A stretch of DNA of 64,000 nt from a virus, in the IMG/VR virus record IMGVR_UViG_3300028581_000024, positions 1 through 64,000 of that record. One strand, given 5' to 3'. The number at the start of each line of letters is the position of its first letter. Position 1 is the first letter of the stretch. This document shows positions 48,639-57,305 of the stretch, piece by piece. Under the pieces are notes generated by a model. It searched no databases. It saw only the letters and a list, made by a program, of their open reading frames with translations, and was not told where the DNA came from. The position numbers were made by a program, and so were the translations under genes.

Positions 48639-48670
48639 AGTATAAAGGAATAATTGATAATATCAATTAT
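48639..48670 (-). promoter_or_regulatory. Sigma70-type primase promoter overlapped by a 21-bp palindrome
   Basis: TTGATA-16-TATACT-6-GTG; ATAATTGATA-A-TATCAATTAT at 48650-48670. Confidence 0.75.
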
Positions 48671-48855
48671 CAATTAGCTTCTGGCTTAATATCTTCGATA
48701 CTAACTAAACCCTTACGGATAAAGGTACCGCTGGCGGGATCAATCCAATGTGCTTCTTTATGCAATTTATTACCAACAATACGTTCAACAATTCTAGGCT
48801 CCACAGGCTGACCGCTAATCGGGCTAGCTATCTTACAAGGTCTTACGTAATCCAT
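48670..48855 (-). CDS. Small hypothetical late protein
   Basis: 61 aa; AATAAATA(48860-48867)-atgt-ATG. Confidence 0.65.
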   Translation of the reverse strand: MDYVRPCKIASPISGQPVEPRIVERIVGNKLHKEAHWIDPASGTFIRKGLVSIEDIKPEAN

Positions 48856-48858
48856 ACA

Positions 48859-49197
48859 TTATTTATTCTCAACCACTGCCTTATCAACAGATTGGGCTCG
48901 CTTCTGAGACCTAGTCTTTTTATATTGTTCTATACAAACTGTATAGATGTCAGAGGGTAGTTGCTCTACTAAGGTTAGAATTTTAGATTTAATGCTTGAT
49001 TCGAATACCTTTTTAGGTACTTCTCTAATATGCATTTTTGGTAAACTCAAAAACATATATACTTCATTTTGTTCTTCTGTATATACAAAAAACTCGCCAA
49101 TATAATCACCAGTAGTAACGGCAAAAATATCCCTCTTACGTGGCTTTGATTTATTTCGAAAGAACATTTCTTGCAAAAAGCGAAATATCTCGCTCAA
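48859..49197 (-). CDS. Hypothetical protein
   Basis: 112 aa ORF in the operon; exact start uncertain. Confidence 0.6.
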   Translation of the reverse strand: MSEIFRFLQEMFFRNKSKPRKRDIFAVTTGDYIGEFFVYTEEQNEVYMFLSLPKMHIREVPKKVFESSIKSKILTLVEQLPSDIYTVCIEQYKKTRSQKRAQSVDKAVVENK

Positions 49198-50023
49198 GTG
49201 ATGTTATGGCTGAGGGCAATTCTAAATTATAGCTACGCAACTTTTCTGTACTTAAAACACAGTTGCTTCTATTAGCGACCGTGTTGAGTTGCTCAATATC
49301 AATAAACTGCCAATCCAGATTTACCACATCATACTTCTTTAATAAATTAGTTATTTCTTCCGCATTAAACGCTCCAGGATTGACCACGTTGATAGGACCG
49401 GACGGTATTTGTTTATAGATGTAAAGGAACTTACAAATAAATTCATTTAAATCATTCGTACTTGTTAAACTGTTTTTCATGCTTATAAGATTACTGTATT
49501 TGTAAAGCTTATTAAGATAATTTTTTGAAGCTAACGAACTGTCAAAGGGCATTCTGATACGCAAAATATAACCATAACAGTTTTGAAAAATTGTTTCACA
49601 TGCATGCTTGCTCTTACTATAAAAGCTACTTTCATTATTAAAAAGACCGAAATTAGGTTCATCTTCTTCGGTGAATTCTTTTTCATAACCGCTATAAATA
49701 CAACCGCTGCTAACTTGAATAGTTGGTATAGCAAAAGCATTACTCGACAGGACAATATTTCTCGGAACTATAACATTCCAAAACCAACACGCTTGTTTAT
49801 TTTTCTCACAAGCATCGACATTCGGAGAACCAGTATAACCTGAACAGTTGATTACTGCTTCATATTCATTCGAGTGTTCTTTTAAATATTTTTGTAGAAT
49901 TACTGGTGATGTGTAATCGAGCTGGTCTCTACTAAAAAAATCTACCTTAACATTATTGCGTAATAGTGTCTGCTCTAAACTCGTACCAATATAGCCTCTT
50001 CCCAACAATAAAATTGACTTCAT
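49151..50023 (-). CDS. NAD-dependent nucleotide-sugar reductase/epimerase (RmlD/UER1-like)
   Basis: LLGRGYIG Rossmann motif, INCSGYTGSPNVDACE, SSGCIYSG, FYSKSK (YxxxK), LRIRMPF, RSNCVL. Confidence 0.88.
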   Translation of the reverse strand: MKSILLLGRGYIGTSLEQTLLRNNVKVDFFSRDQLDYTSPVILQKYLKEHSNEYEAVINCSGYTGSPNVDACEKNKQACWFWNVIVPRNIVLSSNAFAIPTIQVSSGCIYSGYEKEFTEEDEPNFGLFNNESSFYSKSKHACETIFQNCYGYILRIRMPFDSSLASKNYLNKLYKYSNLISMKNSLTSTNDLNEFICKFLYIYKQIPSGPINVVNPGAFNAEEITNLLKKYDVVNLDWQFIDIEQLNTVANRSNCVLSTEKLRSYNLELPSAITSLERDISLFARNVLSK

Positions 50024-50370
50024 TTCTCGTCAGCGCTACCCGGGTTACCTACTACATTAAAAATAAAACGATTTATAGCTGCCGATAATGCATCTGCATC
50101 CATTTGATTTTTTGCATGAATTATATTAACTGGCATACCATTAATATCATATCCTAAGACAATAAACGCGCTCAAATACTCAGAGATTAAACCAGTTAAG
50201 TTCTGAAGATTTTTAGATTTTTCATTCTTAAGTTGACCATGCTGCGCCATGTAGTCTTGTATAACAGAGCGAATGAGATCGTCAACCTGACCTTTATTCT
50301 TATGAAGATTTGAATCTGTTTGCTTCATATTTTTAGAGTCTTCCTTGTTATTTTTTTTGGGATGCTTCAC
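50020..50370 (-). CDS. Hypothetical protein
   Basis: Start placed at GTG 50370 (CCTAAATA-tagta-GTG); ATG 50328 is an alternative. Confidence 0.55.
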   Translation of the reverse strand: MKHPKKNNKEDSKNMKQTDSNLHKNKGQVDDLIRSVIQDYMAQHGQLKNEKSKNLQNLTGLISEYLSAFIVLGYDINGMPVNIIHAKNQMDADALSAAINRFIFNVVGNPGSADEK

Positions 50371-50716
50371 TACTATATTTAGGGCGCTCAGCATAATAAG
50401 GAGAATTTTGAGGTGTATTTGCAATACCTTTACTAAGCAGATAGGAGATAATAACTTCAATGCTGTCAGTTTTAATACTGAAGTTACGAGGAATTGCTAA
50501 CCCACCATCATTCAATTCAAACATAATTTCATTCATGAAGTGTTTATTGTGGAAACATGTAATAAACAAACTAGTAGACCCCGGATTAACAAGCACTGTC
50601 CAGCGACGGGGGTCATGCTCACCGAAACCATTGAATAATTTTAACGCAATAAAACCATTATCACGTAATCTCTTCATGAAGTAACCGGGTGTTGTTATTT
50701 TATTTTTTGAGCTCAC
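50348..50716 (-). CDS. Hypothetical protein
   Basis: 122 aa, coupled to the clamp gene. Confidence 0.65.
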   Translation of the reverse strand: MSSKNKITTPGYFMKRLRDNGFIALKLFNGFGEHDPRRWTVLVNPGSTSLFITCFHNKHFMNEIMFELNDGGLAIPRNFSIKTDSIEVIISYLLSKGIANTPQNSPYYAERPKYSSEASQKK

Positions 50717-51441
50717 TTGATTAAAGATGACGCTATATAGCGAGTTTTTACAGGACCGTCGAGTAGTTGAAATAATACGACCCCTAATTTTTGATTAATT
50801 TTACACTCTAACTGCTTTACTCTCACACTACTAATTATTCTTATCAATTCGAAGTTCAAGCATAAATTTGTTAATTCCTCTCCTTTGTATTCACTAAGGG
50901 GTATCGAAATACTGTCAACATTTTGACGAGCTCGATCCGTAAGGTCACCAAAGATCTTTCCTTCTTTTGAATATAGATATAATTTGTTACTCTCTGACGC
51001 AAAGGTAGACCCTCTAAGCAGTTCGATTAGTGATTTATATTGAATAACAAACTCAATTGGAAAATTTAAACTAGCTATTTTTGATACATTTACCTTGGGC
51101 GCAGTAATGATACCATCTTCAAGCAAATGATATTTAAAGCGTATCTCAGGACCGCTGTAGTTGATATTATTTTTATCTACAGTAATCGTAAAGCTATCTG
51201 TACTGATACACTCAAATGCCTTGATAACCTTTTTAATGTCTGAAATATTTAAATGAATAGGAACATCAATATTAGTATCAACTTTGTACTGTGAATGAAG
51301 TATTACTGAGGTATCAGAAGTACAAACTAGGCTTGAAAAACCTTCCCCATCCAAAGTTACGACACAACTATCATTTAGCTTGCCTAATGGCTGTAGAAAG
51401 CCATTTATAAAGAGTTTTTTATCAGGAATATTTACATTCAC
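50713..51441 (-). CDS. gp45: Sliding clamp (gp45/PCNA-like)
   Basis: 242 aa with a two-domain alpha/beta pattern (LNISDIKKVIKAF, FKYHLLEDG, C-terminal RYIASSL) in the replication cluster. Promoter TTGCTT-15-TATAAT-7-GTG. Confidence 0.7.
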   Translation of the reverse strand: MNVNIPDKKLFINGFLQPLGKLNDSCVVTLDGEGFSSLVCTSDTSVILHSQYKVDTNIDVPIHLNISDIKKVIKAFECISTDSFTITVDKNNINYSGPEIRFKYHLLEDGIITAPKVNVSKIASLNFPIEFVIQYKSLIELLRGSTFASESNKLYLYSKEGKIFGDLTDRARQNVDSISIPLSEYKGEELTNLCLNFELIRIISSVRVKQLECKINQKLGVVLFQLLDGPVKTRYIASSLIK

Positions 51442-51475
51442 AAGGATTATTATATACTACAAAAACGAAAAGCAA

Positions 51476-51904
51476 TCAGGTTGTTTTAAATAAGTCAACA
51501 ATACGGTCTAACCTATCAAGAATACGATCTAACTTATCATTGATAGTGGTGGGTGTTATCGGCTTATTAAAATCAAAAACTAATTGATTTGGATCTTCAG
51601 CAGGCTGCTGTACTGTAACTGCAACTGGTGGCGCTTGTTGTGACTGTATTACAGGCTGTTGTACAACCTGGATAGGATTAAATTCAATTGTTGGTTGAAG
51701 GTTAGGCTGTTGAGGCGTTGTCTGATCTGTAGTTATTCGGAAAACATTCTGCAAATCTGTTTTAACACCAGAAATGTTCTTAGAGGACCCAACACTTTGG
51801 CGGTCGATTTGCTTGAGCTCAGCTAACGTAGTACCAAGTAATGCCATGATGGCATTCTTGCCTTCTACACTATTAGGATCAACTGCAACAAGACCGTCAG
51901 ACAT
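51476..51904 (-). CDS. Hypothetical protein (Gln/Pro linker, C-terminal coiled coil)
   Basis: 142 aa, TAATG-coupled to SSB; QLVFDF resembles a clamp-binding motif. Confidence 0.6.
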   Translation of the reverse strand: MSDGLVAVDPNSVEGKNAIMALLGTTLAELKQIDRQSVGSSKNISGVKTDLQNVFRITTDQTTPQQPNLQPTIEFNPIQVVQQPVIQSQQAPPVAVTVQQPAEDPNQLVFDFNKPITPTTINDKLDRILDRLDRIVDLFKTT

Positions 51905-52737
51905 TAATCAAGCCCCTCAAGCAACTTTTTAACAGTGTCATCTTCGAGAACATCTGTTGAATCGGTCGCAGAGGGGGTTGAAGCTTCAGACTTATTCGCT
52001 TTAACCGGCTTGGCATCAGTGTCAGACGCCTCCGATGAACAATAGTAATGCTCATCGAGCATCGATTTCAACTCTTCGTAACTCTTTACAGTAAAGACTG
52101 ACTCGAGATCGATAATATTTTTATAGGTATCATCAATCTTACCCTTATCTAACCCTTCAACAGCTCTAGGCATCATAAACTTACTACTAACATAAGTCGG
52201 GTAATCCCCCTGCTGCTCTACTTTAATCTTTAGATTACAGCCCTTATCGGTAAGATCAAAAATACGAGCACCGAGATCTTCAGACCCCTCACCTTCAATA
52301 GCGTCCATAATAATTTTATGGAGTTGCTTACCATAGCGTACAATCATTACCTTACCGTTATTATCTGGATTAACGGGGTCGTTTACGACATAGGCATTTA
52401 CCAGCCACTTTTCAGATCGCAAAATAGCACGGGCTTTAGTCTTCTCATCTTCTGTTCCAGTCTTAAGAGTTTTATAACGAACCTCGGCAATAGGATCACG
52501 AGCACCAAAAGACGTCGGGCTCACCGTATAAACATACTGACCGGTACAAAAACTAGTCCAGCCAAAAGTATAATAGTGAAAGAATGTCTTGGTTGGATTA
52601 CCGACATTAGGAAGTAAGCGGACAGTATATGTATTGCCTACTTCAAGTTTCAAAATATCCTTATTACGGGATACGGGGTTATTTTTAGCAAGAGCACCTT
52701 TAATGCTCTCGAACATCGAATTGGTAATTGTACTCAT
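51904..52737 (-). CDS. gp32: Single-stranded DNA-binding protein
   Basis: TVRLLP, DPIAE, LVNAYVVNDPVNPDNNGKV..YGKQL, IFDL..GCNLKIK, YPTYVSSKF, acidic tail. Promoter TTGATT-16-TATTAT-7-ATG. Confidence 0.92.
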   Translation of the reverse strand: MSTITNSMFESIKGALAKNNPVSRNKDILKLEVGNTYTVRLLPNVGNPTKTFFHYYTFGWTSFCTGQYVYTVSPTSFGARDPIAEVRYKTLKTGTEDEKTKARAILRSEKWLVNAYVVNDPVNPDNNGKVMIVRYGKQLHKIIMDAIEGEGSEDLGARIFDLTDKGCNLKIKVEQQGDYPTYVSSKFMMPRAVEGLDKGKIDDTYKNIIDLESVFTVKSYEELKSMLDEHYYCSSEASDTDAKPVKANKSEASTPSATDSTDVLEDDTVKKLLEGLD

Positions 52738-52768
52738 ATTGTTTATAATATATGATTAGTTTTTAAAA

Positions 52769-53406
52769 TCAAGCAAGATTTTTTTTAATTTTTCGCAAAC
52801 CAGCAATGGCCAGCTGTTTGGCGGACGTACTGCCTAAAAATTTAGTTCGGAAGACAGAAATGTTGTCGTAGATATCTCCTAAAGTAAATCTAAGCAAATC
52901 AGGGTCATGTAATTGCAATTGTTTTTCAAAATTGGCAAATACAAACAGATTATAGATGCTAACATTATGATTTTTAAGATGTGTAATAAAGGCATTTTGA
53001 ATCCCATCTTTGTAGTTAGGGTAATCATCAACAGCAATTGCCTTTTCGTCACAAAACTGTTGTATGAACTTTAACCCCTTGACAATATTCTTAAGATGAT
53101 AGCTATCATCAGGTGGTAGTAGCAGCTTCTTCTTTAGTGACATGGTATAAACCTTTATTGCTTTTGGTGAAGAGTAAAAATTTAAATCAAAGCCGCTCTC
53201 ACCGGGGTAAATTGTATACGGTGCATTAAAAAATTCTGTTACATCAACATTTTTATTTCGTGTAAAGAAGTTTTTGAGACGTAGCACGTGGGATATACAA
53301 TTGACTCTTCAAAACCTTCCCACTGCTTTCTGAATCTGAAGGGTAAACCACTCTGGGTTCTAGAAATCTTTAAATATGTATTGTAAATTAGCTTATCTAG
53401 TGTCAT
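52769..53406 (-). pseudogene. gp59-like helicase loader split by a one-base frameshift (or assembly error)
   Basis: ATG 53406 (ATGA overlap) gives MTLDKLIYNTYLKISRTQSG...VYP, then the 172-aa ORF continues in the -1 frame. The joined product is about 212 aa and lies upstream of gp32. Confidence 0.6.
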
Positions 53407-53666
53407 TTTTTGCGGTGATTAAGATATTTCATTATATATTTGCTCTTACACAAGGTAGGATCAAACTCTAAGAATATTCTAACCGCTGATACATCATCTT
53501 CAACATCCATAATACTTTTAAATAAGTTTTTTACTCTAAGATCTTGAAGATAAAGAAGCAAAATGTTTGCAAGATTGTATTTTTTGTTAAAACATATACA
53601 AATATAACTGCAAAAGCATCTAAAAAGATGATCTACTTCCTCGCGATGTAAATTACTAAAATTCAT
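53403..53666 (-). CDS. Hypothetical protein
   Basis: 87 aa between the helicase and the gp59-like gene. Confidence 0.55.
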   Translation of the reverse strand: MNFSNLHREEVDHLFRCFCSYICICFNKKYNLANILLLYLQDLRVKNLFKSIMDVEDDVSAVRIFLEFDPTLCKSKYIMKYLNHRKK

Positions 53667-53717
53667 ACAATTTCAATGACTTACTGAGATTTATAACGTG
53701 TTTAATCAAAAGCTAGC

Positions 53718-55082
53718 TTAGGGATTCTCGCTCATTGACGTCAGTGTCTTTGTAAACTGTATAGCCTCCTCACTCTCATTTATTGTATCATCTTCTGTAA
53801 TTACTAGCGTGTTATAATCAATCTTAAGGGCAATACTACCGAAATTAGGCCCGAAACGATTTTTTGACATGCCAATATTAATAAGACCGAGTTCTTTATC
53901 TTCATCTTTTTGCCAAATAGATATAATTGCATCGGACGTTGTAGCAAGACCGATACTTTCAGAGATAGTTTCCAATCCAGGATTATCTACATTATACCCA
54001 GACCGATTTAACTGTGTCGCAGAAACAATTGGACACATAATATCATAACTAATTGCCCTAACTTGCTGTGCACAATACAGAATTCGTTCATAACTATTAT
54101 TGCCTAGAGGACTGTGTAGCAAATTAAGATAATCGAGCACAATTAAATCAATCTTAATACCTTTCTGCATTAACTTTTTAATAAAACCTTTGAGCTGAAA
54201 CGGAGTTAATGTGGATGGTGGGAATTCCTTAATAATAATTTTAGATTTTTTACCCTTAGCTATATCTTTTATCTGCTGTTTAAGAGATTCTGACTCTTCT
54301 TTAAGATGACTAAGCGGAATACTCGTAATAGCTGATGAAAGTCTTCTTGCATACATCATCTCACTCATTTCTAGTGATACAAGCAATACATTTTTACCCT
54401 GCATTGCGACATTTGTTGCAACGTTACCAAGGAAAATACTCTTACCAACGTTAGTTTCACCGGCAAAAACGTACAACGACCTACCATTTTCAAGAAACCC
54501 CCCACCTAATTTGTTATCTAACCACCTCCAACCCGTCTTTACACATGGTTCTTCTCTGTGTAAATCAGAAACAAACCTATCAACCTCGCCAAACAACTCC
54601 AAACCCATATTTTGAGTTAAGTTTACACCTACAGCCTTTTCAAATTTCTCTAAAAGTTCTGCTGTATTAAGCTGTTTACTGTCCAGCCTCTCGGCTGCTT
54701 CAAGTAGCGCGTTATAGACACCCTTTTCCTTGAGAAAAATCTCTGTATTTTCTACCAACTCACTTCTATTGAACTTTTTATCTATATCGGTAAAGGATAT
54801 TACAAGCTTTTTGAAATTTTCTTTTAATTCATCCGTAGTTAAGTACGCTTTTAACTCGGTATGAGTGGGCACAGTACCATGCTCTTTGAAAAAGCTTACA
54901 ATAATACGTACAATATTCTTTGTATCAATATTTTTAAAGAACTTTACATCTAAATGATCTATCACAGAAGATAGAAACACAGGATCAACCAAGCAATTAT
55001 ACGCAATAATGTGCTCGTAAAAATCTAGATCTAGAGTTTTCTTAGATGGGCTCGTTATTCCATTTTCGAATGAAGGCTTCAT
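53718..55082 (-). CDS. gp41: Replicative DnaB-family helicase
   Basis: AGETNVGKS, VSLEMSE, IKEFPP, VLDYLNL, SATQLNRSG, SESIGL, KNRFG. Confidence 0.96.
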   Translation of the reverse strand: MKPSFENGITSPSKKTLDLDFYEHIIAYNCLVDPVFLSSVIDHLDVKFFKNIDTKNIVRIIVSFFKEHGTVPTHTELKAYLTTDELKENFKKLVISFTDIDKKFNRSELVENTEIFLKEKGVYNALLEAAERLDSKQLNTAELLEKFEKAVGVNLTQNMGLELFGEVDRFVSDLHREEPCVKTGWRWLDNKLGGGFLENGRSLYVFAGETNVGKSIFLGNVATNVAMQGKNVLLVSLEMSEMMYARRLSSAITSIPLSHLKEESESLKQQIKDIAKGKKSKIIIKEFPPSTLTPFQLKGFIKKLMQKGIKIDLIVLDYLNLLHSPLGNNSYERILYCAQQVRAISYDIMCPIVSATQLNRSGYNVDNPGLETISESIGLATTSDAIISIWQKDEDKELGLINIGMSKNRFGPNFGSIALKIDYNTLVITEDDTINESEEAIQFTKTLTSMSENP

Positions 55083-55707
55083 TACTCTTATTCCACTCCT
55101 TATCGTTTAAATCCCTTAATCCTGGGCTCTGATGATAGATTAATATAGGCCATACACCTAGTTTAAGCCGGTTCGCGTTGCAAGTCAAGCTAAAATCAAT
55201 GTCATAATGGTGCCACATGAATTGTTCATCAAATCTAGCTCTGGCACCACGTATTTTTCTGTTATCTAAAGCTAAAAAGACACCATCTAGTACAGCAACC
55301 CGTGCAGGTGATGGTCCGAATGTTGTAATAGCCATACTTTCCTCTGAAACTGGGTGAGCTGCAAAGCCTCTATAGTATTCCTTTGAAATCATCCAATGCC
55401 ATAGATTCTTTTCTTTAATTGTTGGGTTTAAACCACCAGCAACCCCGACAATATCAAAGCGCTTTAAAGCTGCCCTTAATGTTTGCAGATTACAATACTC
55501 TAGACTTATGTCATGATGACATAAAATGATAATATCGTATATAGAATTCTCTTTATTTGTTATAACACTATTGTAATACTCTGATAGACCTATAGTTTTG
55601 TTATTATAGACGATATGTAGGTCTATATCTTTTAAATCCTTACAGCTACGTTCGAGTAAACAGTCAGAATCAAGCGGACTTATAGCGAAAATACCTATTT
55701 TACTCAC
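55042..55707 (-). CDS. Glycosyltransferase, GT-A/GT2-like
   Basis: GLSEYYN, ILCHHDI, IVGVAG, VLDGVFLA, FDEQF.WHHYDIDFSL, HQSPG. Confidence 0.85.
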   Translation of the reverse strand: MSKIGIFAISPLDSDCLLERSCKDLKDIDLHIVYNNKTIGLSEYYNSVITNKENSIYDIIILCHHDISLEYCNLQTLRAALKRFDIVGVAGGLNPTIKEKNLWHWMISKEYYRGFAAHPVSEESMAITTFGPSPARVAVLDGVFLALDNRKIRGARARFDEQFMWHHYDIDFSLTCNANRLKLGVWPILIYHQSPGLRDLNDKEWNKSNEAFIRKWNNEPI

Positions 55708-55713
55708 GAATAA

Positions 55714-55741
55714 ATATTAATAGATAGATATAAATAATCAA
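55714..55741. promoter_or_regulatory. Overlapping divergent promoters
   Basis: Minus TTGATT-16-TAATAT-6-GTG(55707). Plus TATAAATA (55729-55736) lies inside its spacer and serves ATG 55747. Confidence 0.72.
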
Positions 55742-55746
55742 GTATT

Positions 55747-56619
55747 ATGAATTTAGATAGCAAACTAATGTTTGAAGCGTATATCACTAGTAAACAACAG
55801 ATTTTAACTGAAGCTCCAATTGAAATGGGTGGGGATATTAATGTCGAGCCTGTAACAAAAAAGACTTTACCTGGCCAAGGCAAGGGGTATGGTGCCGGTG
55901 CTATTACTAAAATTGCAGCAGCGCAAGGTAAGTCTGAAGAAGATGTTGCAACAGAGATGGCAAAAACGGTTCTAGATTATACAAAAGAGAAAAAAATGGT
56001 TGATGGTAAGGAGGTTTACTACTTCCCTGGTGATCCAAAGACATTCATTAACGAACTAACACCAGTTTTTAAAGATAAGTTTGGTATTCCTGCTTCCATG
56101 GCCGGATTTACTGTGAATTATATTTTAATATATCTATTAAATGCTAAAAAGACTTCTGGTGGATTAAAAATGGATGCACAAAAAGTAAAAGCTGCAAAAG
56201 AAATGAAAGCTGCTACAAAAGCCGAACCAAAAACAGAGACTGTGTATGAGATTGATAAGGCTGTACGTATTCCTGAGAAAAATTTAAGAGCTCTTGTGCT
56301 TAGTCTGCCTGATGATGATGTGCCTGAGCGTGAAATCCTGTCAGTTGTAAAAACAGCTTTGCAAGAGTATAATGAAACACCTGGCTTGGCAAAAGAAGAT
56401 GCAATTAAAATGAGGTCTCTTGAAGTTGTAGACAAATTAACAGAATATGGTGTACTCAAAACAAAACAAATTGAAAAGGCCCAAGCTGAAGGTGAAGGCT
56501 CTGGAGAAGTAGAAACTGTTGAAGATTTTCCTGAAGGTGATGACATTTACTCAGCAGCCAAACAAGAATTTCGCTTGAGAGATACACCAGGTGATAAGAA
56601 TTACGGTGACTTCAGTTAA
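55747..56619 (+). CDS. Late protein, candidate head-internal protein
   Basis: 290 aa, K/E-rich; MNLDSKLMFEAY...ILTE|AP fits gp21-type cleavage. Confidence 0.65.
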   Translation: MNLDSKLMFEAYITSKQQILTEAPIEMGGDINVEPVTKKTLPGQGKGYGAGAITKIAAAQGKSEEDVATEMAKTVLDYTKEKKMVDGKEVYYFPGDPKTFINELTPVFKDKFGIPASMAGFTVNYILIYLLNAKKTSGGLKMDAQKVKAAKEMKAATKAEPKTETVYEIDKAVRIPEKNLRALVLSLPDDDVPEREILSVVKTALQEYNETPGLAKEDAIKMRSLEVVDKLTEYGVLKTKQIEKAQAEGEGSGEVETVEDFPEGDDIYSAAKQEFRLRDTPGDKNYGDFS

Positions 56620-57305
56620 CTGAAGAACGGGCTATTAAAATCAAAATTTGCCACTGAAGTTAGTCCCTCTGGGGTTACCTCATACACAACACCTTCTTCA
56701 ACAGCTTCACTTCCTTTGAACTTTACACTACTAAAGGTATTATCAATTTTATTTGCAAACAAAGTACTGCCACACCTGGCTATATATACCCCCCTGTAGT
56801 CAGTGTTTATAATCCATAAACCAAAAGTGCCTTCAAGGTGTGAGAGAGCAGTTGAAATTATCTCAACTGAATGGCCCTGTGAATTGACAGCTTGCTGGAT
56901 CTTGTATAACATAAGTGGAATGGTGCTCGAATCTACTGGGTTCTTCCACTTTGGATCAAACTGTTGCTTAATTTCATCAAAATTTGTCAAAACACCATTG
57001 TGTGCTACAATCCAATTCTCTGTATTGAAGGGGTGAGACGTTTCCCGGGAATACTTTCTCTTCGAAGAGGTTGGTGCTTGTGTATGTCCTAGTAAATAGA
57101 GCGGAGACATCCCAGCATCTTTCAAGCTTTTCTTAATTTCTTTGTCCATATCTTTAACAGCAACAGTACCACTCCAGCGATGTACAATAACATTGCTGTC
57201 TGTGGTTAAAATGGCTAAAGATGTGGAGAAAGTGCCGCGCTTGCGGTTTAAATCGTAAAGATCTAAGAATTGTTCTTGCTTAACAGCGCCAAAAATACCG
57301 CACAT
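56616..57305 (-). CDS. Class II (Ntn) glutamine amidotransferase
   Basis: MCGIFG catalytic Cys, RKRG, LGHTQAPT, HPF, AHNGVLTNF, VDS. Starts immediately after the queC stop. Confidence 0.9.
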   Translation of the reverse strand: MCGIFGAVKQEQFLDLYDLNRKRGTFSTSLAILTTDSNVIVHRWSGTVAVKDMDKEIKKSLKDAGMSPLYLLGHTQAPTSSKRKYSRETSHPFNTENWIVAHNGVLTNFDEIKQQFDPKWKNPVDSSTIPLMLYKIQQAVNSQGHSVEIISTALSHLEGTFGLWIINTDYRGVYIARCGSTLFANKIDNTFSSVKFKGSEAVEEGVVYEVTPEGLTSVANFDFNSPFFS

